From NCBI RefSeq assembly GCF_009914755.1, contig NC_060942.1: 64,000 bases of DNA; one strand, written 5' to 3'. Below are positions 10,777 through 22,327 of the stretch, piece by piece. The stretch comes from the human T2T-CHM13v2.0 reference genome, Homo sapiens. The position numbers were made by a program, and so were the translations under genes. Position 1 is the stretch's first letter. Every line of letters starts with the position of its first letter. Below the pieces are notes generated by a model. The model was not told the origin of the DNA. It worked only from the letters and a program-made list of their open reading frames with translations, and searched no databases.

Positions 10777-12419
10777 ATTCACCTCTGGGTGAGAGCTGGA
10801 CTCATTCCAGGCTCCCCCGGACAGACGGCGGACTTATAGGGGAGGTGCCACCTGAAGACATTCCAGGGCCCCATAAGACCCCGTCTTCCGGAGGGGAATG
10901 GATCGACCACCAGTGTGTGCCCACAAAAATTCAACTCCTGATCCTCAGTTTCTGGTCCCGGGAAGGTAAGTCAGATCTGACTCTGTTTCTCTGGGAGGGA
11001 AGCGGCCCTGACAAGGGCCCTCCCTTGACTCTGCCTGCGTTGCAGGATGCTGAAGGACAGAGTCCCGGTTTCTGGCAGCCCGGCCTCTCTGTTAAGATTA
11101 GTCTCTCTCTCCCTCCCTCTTTCTTTATCTCTTCTGCTTCTCTCGTTCAGGTCTCCCGGAGACCTCTGTTATAGAACGGGAATAAGAAAACTGTTGTAAA
11201 CTGTGTGAATGAGTGCGTGAATGTGGAGTTCAAGGGCTTGCGCTTGAATTTCCAGTTTGTACCTCCAGGGCGAAAGCTACGGAGTTCGAGTGGGCCCTCA
11301 CCTGCAGTTCCGTGGTGACCTCATAAGGCTTAAGGCAGCATCGGGCATAGCTCGATCCGAGCCGGGGGTTTATACCGCCTGCCAATGCTAAGAGGAGCCT
11401 AAGTCCCCTCGGGAACAGCCAGGCGGGCATCTGACTGATTCCATCATGGGACCCCCTCCCCTTGTCTGTCTATAAAAATTGTCATAATTGTTTATATACC
11501 CCAGTGTCTATTGTCCTGTTTAGTGTCTACGGTCCTGTCTTGTGTCTAACTTTCGTATGTCAGGTCGTCGATATTGCCCAAGACAACTGGGCAAGGACTT
11601 CAAAGTCCTGAGTGCAGATTTCTAACACAGGAGGTCTCAGGTGTGTCTCTTCGGGTTGCCGGGCCCAGGAGCCAGGCGCTCCTCCTTGGCAGGGGCTCCC
11701 AGACCCGAAGGCGAGGAGTGGGAGGGGACCCCCTTCCCCAGAGACCCCTGCAGGCTCCCGGCTCCTGCGCCTTCAGGCGTCAAAGCCCCCGACTTCCCCG
11801 AGCACCAGCGTATCTGCACCTGGCTTAGAACGCAGAGGCCCGGCCTGCTGTGGTGACCTTGGCCCCGGGCCAGACTTCTGAGCTGGGCTTGCAGTGCCTG
11901 ACAGGGCCTGGAGGCGGGGCGGGGTACCGCGGAGTCATCCTGGCAACCCCGTGCTGCTCAGCAGGGCTCCTCCCAGCCTGAAAAGATCTGAGTGGCCCCT
12001 TTCCTCCTCATCCCCATCCCTTACCCCGCACATCCCGTTTTCCTGTGCCACAGCAAGTCCAGCGCCTCCAAGACTTGGCTCCGCTCTCCCTCCTAAAATC
12101 CTTAAAAGAAAGGGCAAAGTTTGAACTTTTTGCCTTCAAGTCGTGGAGACGCCAAAAATATTTAGACTATAAGTCAGAGAGGAGAGGGGGATCACGTAGG
12201 TCCCACTAGCCTCGCACCCATCTCTTGTCCTCTCCCTAAATCTTGGAGCTTAAGGAAACAGACCTTATGTGGCAAGAAGCGCTGGCTATAGCTGTTTTCC
12301 TACTTCTTTTGGTTATGATGCTTCTATTCTTCCGATACTCCAGCCCCTCCAGGTCATGAATTTCTCTGTCCATGCTGGGTTTAATATCTCTGCTCAAACT
12401 TTGTTAAACTGCCTCCAGA

Positions 12420-14963
12420 ATGGGAAACTCTTCTTCCCAGTCTCATAAAGATTGGAGCCCTCTCCAATGTATGTTACAAAATTTCTCTCTAGGCTTCTCC
12501 GAGGATTATGGGGTCCGCCTTAAAAAAGGCAAACTCTGGACACTCTGTGGAGTAGAATGGCCAAAGTTTGGAGCCGGGTCACTGAACCTCGCAATTGTTC
12601 AGGCTGTGTGGCGGGTTGTTGCTGGAACTCCTGGTCACCCTGATCAGTTTCCCTACATTGATCAATGGCTGAGTTTGGTCCGGAGCTCTCATCCATGGCT
12701 CCACTCATGCGCCATTCCTAATCCTACCTCCAAGGTCATTTTGAGCCAGACCTCACTTTCGCCTCGACCCTCAGCCGGCTCGGCTCCTCCTGTATTGCCT
12801 CCTTCTGAAGAAGAGGAAAGTCTCCCTCACCCAGTTCTGCCGCCTTATAACCCTCCTGCTCCCTTAGAATCTTCCCTTGTCTCCTCGACTACATCCCCTG
12901 TGGGCTCTCTGCCTATTGCCTCCTGATTGAGGCCACAGCAGGAGGAGGTAGCCCCCCTCCTCCTGCTGAGAGAGGCACAAGTCCCTGCGGGTGATGAGTG
13001 CTCAGCTCCATTCTTGGTTTATGTCCCCTTTTCTACTTCTGACCTGTGCAACGGAAGGCTCATAATCCCTCCTTTTCTGAAAAGCCCCAGGTCTTGACCT
13101 CACTGATGGAGTCGGTGCTCTGGACCCATCAGCCCACCTGGGATGACTGTCAACAACTCCTTTTAACCCTCTTCACCTCTGAAGAGAGGGATCGTATCCG
13201 AAGAGAAGCCAGAAAGTATTTCCTTACATTAGCCGGTAGACCGGAGGGGGAAGCCCAAAACCTCCTTGAGGAGGTTTTTCCCTCTACCCGGCCTGATTGA
13301 GATCCGAACTCCTCAGGTGGGAAGAGAGCTTTGGATAATTTTCACCGTTATCTCCTTGCGGGTATCAAGGGAGCCGCTCGAAAACCATGAATCTGTCTAG
13401 GACAACTGAAGTTGTCCAGGGGCCTGGTGAGTAACCTGGAGCATTTTTAGAATGCCTCCAGGAGGCCTATCGGACTTACACCCCTTTTGACCCAGCGGCT
13501 CCCGAGAAGAGCCGTGTTATTAATTTGGCATTTGTGGCTCAGGCGCCTCTGATATTAGAAAAAAATTACAAAAACTGGAAGGATTTGCTGGAATGAACAT
13601 TAGCCAGCTTTTAGAAGTAGCCCAGAGAATTTTTGACAGTCAAGAGTTCGAGAAACAAAAACAGGCAGCTGAAAAGGCTGCTGATGAAACATCCAAAAGA
13701 CAACCGAAAATCTTAGTGGTCGCCATCCGGGAAGCCAGAAAGGAGGGGCCCCCATCACAGAACACTAGCCAGGGGACCCCGGTTCCACAACAGAAAGGCC
13801 AGAAAAGTGAGTAGGCTTCCCTACAGAAAAACCAATGCACTTATTGCAAGCAGATAGGACACTGGAAAAAAGAATGCCCATTTAAACCAGAGGGAAAAAT
13901 AATGCCCATTAAAGCCAGAGGAGAAACCAGAAAAGAAAAAGGTCTGAAGGGGGCCAGCCCCTCCACACCTGTGGGTGTTTCTCATCAGGTGGGTCAAAAG
14001 AGTGAGAAAAGAAGACACAGAGACAAAGTATAGAGAAAGAACTGTGGGCCCAGGGGACCAGCGCTTAGCATACAGAGGACCTGCGCCGGCCCTGGTCTCT
14101 GAGTTCCATCAGTATTTATTGATCACTATCTCTACCATCTCGGAGAGGGGGATGTGGCAGGACTATAGGGTAATGGTGGGGAGAGGGTCAGCAGGAAAAC
14201 ATGTGAGCAAAGATCTCTGTGTCATAAATAAGTTTGAGGAAAGGTGCTGTGCCTTGATGAGGACGTAGGCCAGATTTATGTTTGACTTTACACAAACATC
14301 TCGGTGCATTAAAGAGCAGTATTGCCGCCAGCATGTTTCACCTCCAGCCATAAGACAGTTTTTTCCTATCTCAGTAAATAGAACGTATGATTTTGTTTTA
14401 CACTGAGACATTCCATTCCCAGGGACGAGCAGGAGACGGATGCCTTCCTCTTAATTGCAAAGAGGGCTTCTTCCTCTTTCACTAATCCTCCTCAGCACAG
14501 ACCCTTTACGGGTGTTGTGCTGGGGGACGGTCAGGTCTTTCCCTTCCCACGAGGCCATATCTCAGGCTGTCACATGGGGAGAAAGCTTGGACAATACATG
14601 GCTTTCCTGGGCAGAGGTCCCTGTGGCCTTCTGCAATGCATTGTGTCCCTGGGTACTCGAGATTAGAGAATGGCAATGACTTACCAAGCATACTGCCTTC
14701 AAACACATTTTCAACAAAGCACATCCTGCACAGCCCTAAATCCATTAAACCTTGAGTCAACATAGCACATGTCTCTGCAAGCACAGGGTTGGGGCTAGGG
14801 TTACAGATTAACAGCATCTCAAGGCAGAAGAATTTCTCTTAGTACAGAACAAAATGGAGTTTCTTATGTCTACTTCTTTCTACATAGAGTAACAGTCTGA
14901 TCTCTCTCTATTTTCCCCACAAAGGTCCTCAATCTCCCCGCAGCAGAGGAATCTGATGATTAA
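12420..14963 (+). pseudogene. gag: HERV-T gag (MA-p12-CA-NC), disrupted, interrupted by LTR5
   Basis: MGNSSS myristoylation start; GHPDQFPYID (MA); LPPY late-domain-like motif; CA motifs HNPSFSEKPQ/THQPTWDDCQQLL; CCHC knuckle CTYCKQIGHWKKEC at about 13836-13877; stop TAA 14961-14963. Multiple stops and frameshifts. Confidence 0.9.
13945..14921 (-). mobile_element. HERV-K(HML-2) solo LTR5 (LTR5A/B-like), antisense, inside gag
   Basis: Reverse complement TGTGGGGAAAA...GGGGCTGGCCCCCTTCA, 977 bp; 6-bp TSD AAGGTC (13939-13944 / 14922-14927). Confidence 0.93.
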
Positions 14964-17000
14964 AAGGGCCGGGGGTCCCTCTCTCTTGGCCCCCGGAAGC
15001 CCATGGAGACCGTCACAGCGGAGGGCCATGGTGATGCCCAGTCATCTATTTGTCTAAAAGACTGGACCCAGTGGCCTCCAGGTGGACAAGTTGTCTGTGG
15101 GCCATAGCAGCCACAGCAAGCCTGATTCAGGAGACTGATAAACTGACTCTAAGTCAAAATTTAACTCTTACGGCTCCTCGTGCCATAGAGACTTTGCTGC
15201 AAAGTGCTTCTGGCAAATGGATGTCAAATGCTCGCATCCTGCAGTATCAGAGTTTTACTGTTAGATTGGCCTCGTTTAACTTTCTCTCCCACAAGGTGTT
15301 TAAATCCAGCTACTTTGCTCCCTGATCCAGACTTCACCACACCTGTCCATGACTGCCAGGAACTGTGAGAGACTACAGAAACTGTCCGACCTGATCTCCA
15401 AGATGTGCCTTTAAAGGAGGTGGATGCTACCGTGTTTACAGACAGTAGCAGCCTCCTTAAACAAGGAGTACGAAAGGCTGGTGCGGCTGTTACTATGGAG
15501 ACGGATAAACTGCAGACTCAGGCATTGCCAGCAGGTACCTCAGCACAAAAAGCTGAATTGGTTGCTCTCATTCAGGCCCTCCGACGGGTAAGGACAAATG
15601 TATTAACATTTACACTGACAGCAGGTATGCTTTTTGCTACTGTGCGTGTACATGGAGCCATCTACCAAGTGCGTGGGCTACTCACCTCAGCAGGAAAGGC
15701 TATCAAAAACTAAGAAGAAATTTTGGCCCTGCTTGAAGCTGTTTGCCTACCTCAACAGGTGGCTGTAATTCACTGCAAAGGACATCAAAAAGAAGACACG
15801 GCCGTTGCCCATGGTAACCAAAGAGCAGACTCTGCAGCCTGGGGGCCAGCTCAACTGCCAGTCGCGCCTCCGACCCTGCTGCCTGCAGTGTCCTTTCCGC
15901 AACCTGACTTGTCAGATCACCCAGAATATTCCCCAGAGGAGGAAAAACAGGCTTCGGATCTTCAGGCCAGTAAAAATCAGGAAGGAGGAGTAAAACTGGC
16001 CCAGCTTCTAAGGAGCCGTTTCAAGATCCCCAACCTTCAGGACTTAGTTAACCAAGCAGCTCTCTGGTGTACGGCTTGTGCCCAGGTAAACACTAAGCAA
16101 GGTCCTAAACCCAGCTCAAGCGACCGCCTCCAGGGAGACTCACCAGGAGAAAGGTGGGAAATTACAGAAATAAAACCACACTGGGCAGGGTACAAATACC
16201 TTCAGGTACTAGTAGACACCTTTTCTGGATAGACTGAGGCATTTGCCACCAAAAACGAGACTGCCACCACGGTAGTTAAGTTTTCACTCAATGAAATCAT
16301 CCCTCAACATGGGCTGCCTGCTGCCATGGGGTCTGATAATAGATCGGCCTTCACCTCGTCCATAGCTCAGTCAGTCAGTAAGGCATTAAACATTCAATGG
16401 AAGCTCAGTTGTGCCTATCGACCCCAGAGCTCTGGATGGGTAGAACACATGAATCACACCCTAAAAAATACTCTTACAAAATTGATCTTAGAGACCGGTA
16501 AAAATTAGGTAAGACTCCTTCCTTTAACCCTTCTTAAAGTAAGATGCATTCCTTACCGGGCTGGGTTTTCACCTTTTGAAATCACATATAGGAGGGCTCC
16601 GCCTATCTTGCCTAAGCTAAAGGATACCCGTTTAGCAGAAATCTCACAAGCTAATTTATTACAGTACCTACAGTCTCTCCAACAGGTACGAGATATCATC
16701 CGCCACTTGTCTGGGGAGCTCATCCCAGTCCAGTTCCTGACCAGACGGGGCCCTGCCACTCGTTCCCACCGGGTGACCTGGTGTTAAAAAGTTCCAGGTT
16801 AAAGTTTAAAAAAAAAAAAAAAGTTCCAGAAAGAAGGACTCACTCCTGCTTAGAAAGGACCTCATACTGTCATCCTCACCATGCCGACAGCTCTGGAAGT
16901 GGCCAGCATTCCTGCTTAGATTCATCACTCACATCAAAAAGGCCAACAGAGCCCAACAAGAAACATAGGTCCCCAAGCATAGGCCAGGCCCCTTAAAACT
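14964..17000 (+). pseudogene. pol: HERV-T pro/pol remnant: protease N-terminus fused to RT connection, RNase H and integrase
   Basis: YLSKRLDPVA; FTDSSS...AGTSAQKAELVALIQAL; IHCKGHQ...GNQRAD; CTACAQVN; LVDTFSG, GSDN and YRPQSSGWVE integrase motifs. No RT polymerase core. Confidence 0.9.
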
Positions 17001-17013
17001 GTGCCTAAGTCGA

Positions 17014-17892
17014 GTGAAGCCTTTAGATTAATTCTTTTTATTTATCTCTCTTGTTTATTTCCACCTGTTATGCCCTCCGTGCCTTCCTATTCTTCTCACT
17101 TCTTTCACGACAGGACGTGTATTTGCAAACACTACTTGGAAGGCAAGAACCTCCAAGAAAGTCTCTTTTGCAGTCGATTTATGTGCTTTGTTCCCAGAGC
17201 CTGCCCATAACCTTGAAGAACAATGCAACCTGCCGCATAGAAGCGGGGAACATCAACCTTGCTACAGGGTTCGGACACACAGGAAGCCGGACTGGATGTA
17301 AAAACTCTAAAAGTGAAAAAAAAAGGACTCCAGAGCATTGACTTTTACCTCTGTCCTAAAAATCACCCTGACTCTAGTTGTCACGATTCTTACCAATTTT
17401 TCTGCCCTCACTGGTTTTGTGTGACCCTAGCCACTTACCCTAGAGGATCACCTGGTCCTCAACCCTCTCCATAACTCACACTTCCCATCCTAGACTGTGT
17501 ACTATGAAAAATTGTAACCCTCTTACTATAACTGTCTGTAACCCTGGTTCAGCTCAATGGTATTGTGACCTGTCATAGAGATTAAGGCTTTATATCTCGA
17601 GATTTAATGTTAAAACTATGTTCACCATCCAAAAAATCTAGATAAACGCCAGCAAAAATAGGAAAATAGCACCCCTTGGTACCAAAGTATGTTTAACTAG
17701 AATCCATGGCTGACTACTTTAATCACTAGGCTAGCTAGCCCCCTTCTCCTCCTACTGTTAGGCTTAGTCTTCAGGCTGTGTATATTAAATTGGTTTCTTA
17801 ACTTTATAAAGCAACGCATAGCTTCTGTCAAGCTTATATATCTTAAAACCCAATATAACACCCTTGTTATAACTGAGGAATCAATGATTTGA
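17014..17892 (+). pseudogene. env: HERV-T env remnant with large internal deletion
   Basis: Signal-like LILFIYLSCLFPPV; SU FYLCP...FFCPHWFCVT; TM C-terminus PWLTTLI...PLLLLLLGLVF...TEESMI-stop. Confidence 0.85.
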
Positions 17893-17916
17893 TTCCCCAA
17901 AAACACAAGTGGGGAA

Positions 17917-18480
17917 TGTATTACCTTACCTTGTTTTAATATGAATAGACCCTCCCTTAGCTGAGAAAGCTGGACGGACTCCATTTGGCTCCTTCATTTG
18001 CAAGACATCAAGGGCTCCTTACCCACCCCCTTCCTCAAGGACTTAACTTGTACAAGCTGACTCCCAGCACATCAAAGAGTGCAATTAACCAATAAGGTAC
18101 TGTGGCAAGTTATGTCCACAGTTCCCAGAAATTCACCCAGGTGATAGTACCCTAAGCCCCCGCGTTTGTGTCTGGTAGATAGCACCCAAAGCCCTCGCAC
18201 CTATTACCTTGTGATGGATTTAAAGCCCCTGCACCTGGAACTGTTTGTTTTCCTGTAACCATTTGTCTTTTCAACTTTTTTTGCCTGTTTTACTTCTGTA
18301 AGATTGCTACAGCTAGGCTTCCCCTCCCCCCTCTAAACCAAAGTATAAAAGAAAATCTAGCCCCTTCTTCGGGGCTGAGAGAATTTTGAGGGCTGGCCGT
18401 CTCTCAGTCGCCAGCTAATAAAAGACTCCTAAATTAATCTCAAAGTGTAGCGTTTCTCTATAACTCGCTTGGTTACAACA
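17917..18480 (+). repeat. 3' LTR (LTR6-type)
   Basis: Follows the polypurine tract; direct repeat of the 5' LTR. Confidence 0.93.
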
Positions 18481-19060
18481 ACTATCCTTTGGCTTCTTTG
18501 CTCTTCCATCACCTGTGTATCTAATTTACAGTTTTAAATTCCAACACCCCTCCCCGCCATTGAAATACCTAGAGTGGTTTCTGTTTTCCTGACTAGAACC
18601 TGATTCCCACTAGCCAAATTAGGAGCAATTTAAACTTAAACATAAAATAATACCAATTGACTCAAACACATATAAAAATATTTGCATTCCTTATGATTCC
18701 CCCCAAAAAGAGAAAGCCCAAATTCCTAGTATTGGTGGACTCTTCTACACCAACTTCTTTCTCTGAACATTGGTAATTAAAGTAAAAGTTATCCTGCTTT
18801 TAGAATCATATTTCAGGATAACCAAATAGCCCAAGTGGATAAGGGAAACTGTTCTTTACAGAAGGAGGCCAGCTATATATGTCAAATGAATCGTAAAACT
18901 AGAAAATTACTTTTTTGTAACTCCTAATAATTGATTTACATAAGGGTCATCAATGCACGCTAAAATCATAAGGTAAAACACTGGTAGGAAACCATGCCTT
19001 TACTTGGTAGTCAGAAGAGGGGAGCGGTAACTTTAAATGGAGAGATTTGGCTTTCACTAC

Positions 19061-19597
19061 TTGGGGCAGATTGCATATTCCAAAGATGGATGGGAGAATT
19101 CTATATCCCATTCCCATATGCTCTTTCAGTGTGATGTCAACACTCCTCCATCAAGAGGCAGGTTCTTTTTTCCCTCTGTCTGAATCTGGGCTATCTTTAA
19201 CTGCTTCAACCTACAGAGTGGAGAAGCGACACTGCATGATTTCTAAGGCTAGCTCTTACAATACGGCTTTCATCTGGTTCACTTTCTCTCTTGGGACGCT
19301 TGCCCTTAGAACCCTGCCACCACGTTGTGAGAAAGCCAAGGCCAAATGGAGAGTTCACATAACTGCTATTACTATCTGCCAGTCATGTGAGCAAATGAAC
19401 CTTCGGATGATTTTAGCTGCCAACCTTCATTTAAGTTATTTTGCTGAGATTCCAGACATCAAGAAGCAAAGACAAGCTGTTCCAGCTATGCTTTGTCCGA
19501 ATTCAGAACTTGCAGAAATCATGAAAAATACTAAATAATTATGGTGGTTTAAAGACATGTTTTTGCATAATTTGTTATATAAGAGATAATGAATACA
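19061..19597 (+). mobile_element. MLT1-type MaLR LTR within old L1M sequence
   Basis: ccaaagatgg...acactcctccatcaagagg...gaaagccaag motifs and the MLT1-like 3' end gttatataagagataatgaataca. Confidence 0.6.
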
Positions 19598-19702
19598 CTA
19601 CTCAACTTTGCATCACCAGTAGTGGAACATTCGGACATTATGCACCTCCTAAATGTGATACAATATGAAGTAGACATTCCTCTGTGTACTACCTATGAAG
19701 TA

Positions 19703-20085
19703 TTGTTGCAGAATTTTGTTCCTTAGTTCTTGTCACATGACCAGGAAAATTTAGGCACACGAATACATTGAAGGGTGAGTAGGGCAGGATTTTATTGGGT
19801 GAAAAGGGAAAAAAAAATATCAGCAAAGTGAGATGGAGTCCTGCTAACAAGCTCCCCACCTCACAGATTGAATCCCAGGCCACCACACAGGATCTGAAGA
19901 GGCCAGGCTCCTCCCACCTGCCCATGGCTCCACCCCGTTTCCCCAGTGCACATGTGGGCATGTGCAGAAAAGGCCCTGAGCAGGTTCCCTCATCTGCACA
20001 AAAGCATCCGATGTAAACACTTATGGGGCATGTCGGAGATTCTCCAGGGACCCCTTTTTATCTGCCTAGGCATTTGGCTGTCTCT
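19703..20085 (-). mobile_element. MER61-type ERV1 solo LTR
   Basis: Reverse complement starts AGACAGCCAAATGCCTAGGCAGATAAAAAGGGGTCCC; reverse AATAAA at about 19791. Confidence 0.65.
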
Positions 20086-21092
20086 GTGTTACTGCCAAAA
20101 ACATTAAACCTGAATCTAATTAAGGCTTTAGCTCTATCATCTAGTTGATAGGAAACATAGGGGAAAGAGAAACAAGCTAAATATCACCATGAAGAAATGA
20201 TCAGGCAAATCTGTGTATAACATAAATAACCTGGTCTCTTAAATGCAAGTCAATGTCATTGAAAAAACAGATCCTCTTTCAGATTAAAAGATTTAAGAGC
20301 ATAACCAAATATAAACCATGAACCTTGACTGGATTCAGTTTTGAGGGGGAAAAAAAAGATATAGGGACAACTGTTGAAATTTTAAGAAGGATTGTATATT
20401 AGGTGTCAAAGGGGAATTGTTTTGTTATGATAATGGCATTGTGGTTATGCAGGAGAATATCCTTATTTTCTGCAGCTGCATGCTGAGATATTTAGTGGTA
20501 AAATAATATATGATGTAAATAATATGCTTTAAAATGGGTCCAGCAATATAATTGGAAAGTTACATACATATATAGAACATATAAGGCAACGTGTTAATTG
20601 TTCAACCTAGCTGAAGGGCATCTTAGTGTTCATTGTATTATTCTTTCTAACTTTCTGAATGTTTTAAAAAATATTTCCTAATACAATTAATGCCTGTGTG
20701 AAACAAATGTACTGATTGGATATTTACATTTTATGAAATGTTCATTGATAAGAACTTGTGGGCTGGTGAAGTTGGGAAAGAAGGGAGAAGTGTTAGTAAT
20801 CAATTATGAGCTCATATGCTATTTCCAGTACTCTGGTGAAATTCACTGTCCAGTGCTTCCCATCTGCATGCATTCTTCCCGACACTACTCACTGAGCCTA
20901 GGCTGAATGTTTGAACTTTTGTATTAGATTAAGGGGGTGAAGATATGAATTTCTTGAGTTATACTGTATATAAATATTATGTCTATACACAAAGCAATGT
21001 ATTTGGCTTCTGACTTATCCATGGAGAAATGATATGCAGTGTATAAAGCTTGATATCTGAAAACTCTGTCATTTTTAAAGTACTACATTTTC

Positions 21093-21390
<298 letters not shown>

Positions 21391-22327
21391 TAAAGTACTA
21401 CATTTTCAAATAAGCTTAGGACTGCAGGTGATTAACATGGACAGATTTTCATTACCAATGCAGGTTTATCTTTATTATCATGAGACTATTATTCTTTGTA
21501 ACAACTGTAATGCAATTTCAGACTAATATTTTAAATCTAGGATCAGTGAGGCAACTCAAAAAGCTCAGGTAATTACAATTTTATTTCTTCAGATAGTTCA
21601 ACCTGATAAATGTGGGCTGTTCCAATTACAGATATTTTCTTGGTATAGTGATTGTGAGCTGTGCCTCATTTTCATACAAAAAAATTGCAACTCTGATCCT
21701 TAATTGTGACTCAAATTAAATTTTCAGGAATACTCTTTAACTTTAAAAATTATCCAACAACATGTTGTACCAAAGAGAACACATGAAAAAACCTGTGAGC
21801 ATCAGAAAACCTGGGTCTAGGCCTAGCTCTGCCGTTTACTCACTTTTGGTTCTACCTTCAAAATATAATCCAAATTTGGCTCCTTCTCACAAACTTGGTG
21901 TCTACCACACTGGTCCCAAACAATATCATCTCTCCACTGGATTATTAAAAAACCGGTCCTGCTGATTTTGTTCTTGCCCCTACTGTGGAGTCTCCACATG
22001 CACCAGAGTTGGATTAGGTCACTCCACTACTGGGGAACCTCTGGTAGCTTCCTTTTTCTCTCAGAGTAGAAGCCTAGTTCTTACCAAGGCCTATAAGGCC
22101 CTTCACGGGTCACACCTCAACGCAGGGGCATCATCTTCTAAGCCTCCCTATGCTGACTGCTCCAAAACCTTTTGGCCTCCATTCTGTTTCTGGAACAGGC
22201 TAAATATGAGTCTACCTCACACCATTGTGCTGGCTGTTGCCTTGGCCCAGGAAGCTCTCCGCCCCTGCCAGTGACCTCCTCCTTACCTCCCTTACATCTC
22301 TGTTCAATGTCATTTGATCCTTTAGGC

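Larger units (their letters stand above)
10201..18480 (+). mobile_element. Defective HERV-T (HERVS71) provirus, probably the S71 element
   Basis: Paired LTRs, tRNA-Thr PBS, gammaretroviral gag/pol/env remnants, polypurine tract at about 17899-17916, TSD ACTA (10197-10200 / 18481-18484). Confidence 0.92.

Noticed and set aside
11268-11440. Possible hammerhead ribozyme (GAAA ... CTGACTGA) in the proviral leader
   Set aside because: CTGACTGA does not match CUGANGA and I could not build the three stems. More likely packaging or dimerisation hairpins.
19948-19975. p53 response element in the MER61-type LTR
   Set aside because: The CATG cores are 8 rather than 10 bp apart and the adjacent half-site is degenerate.
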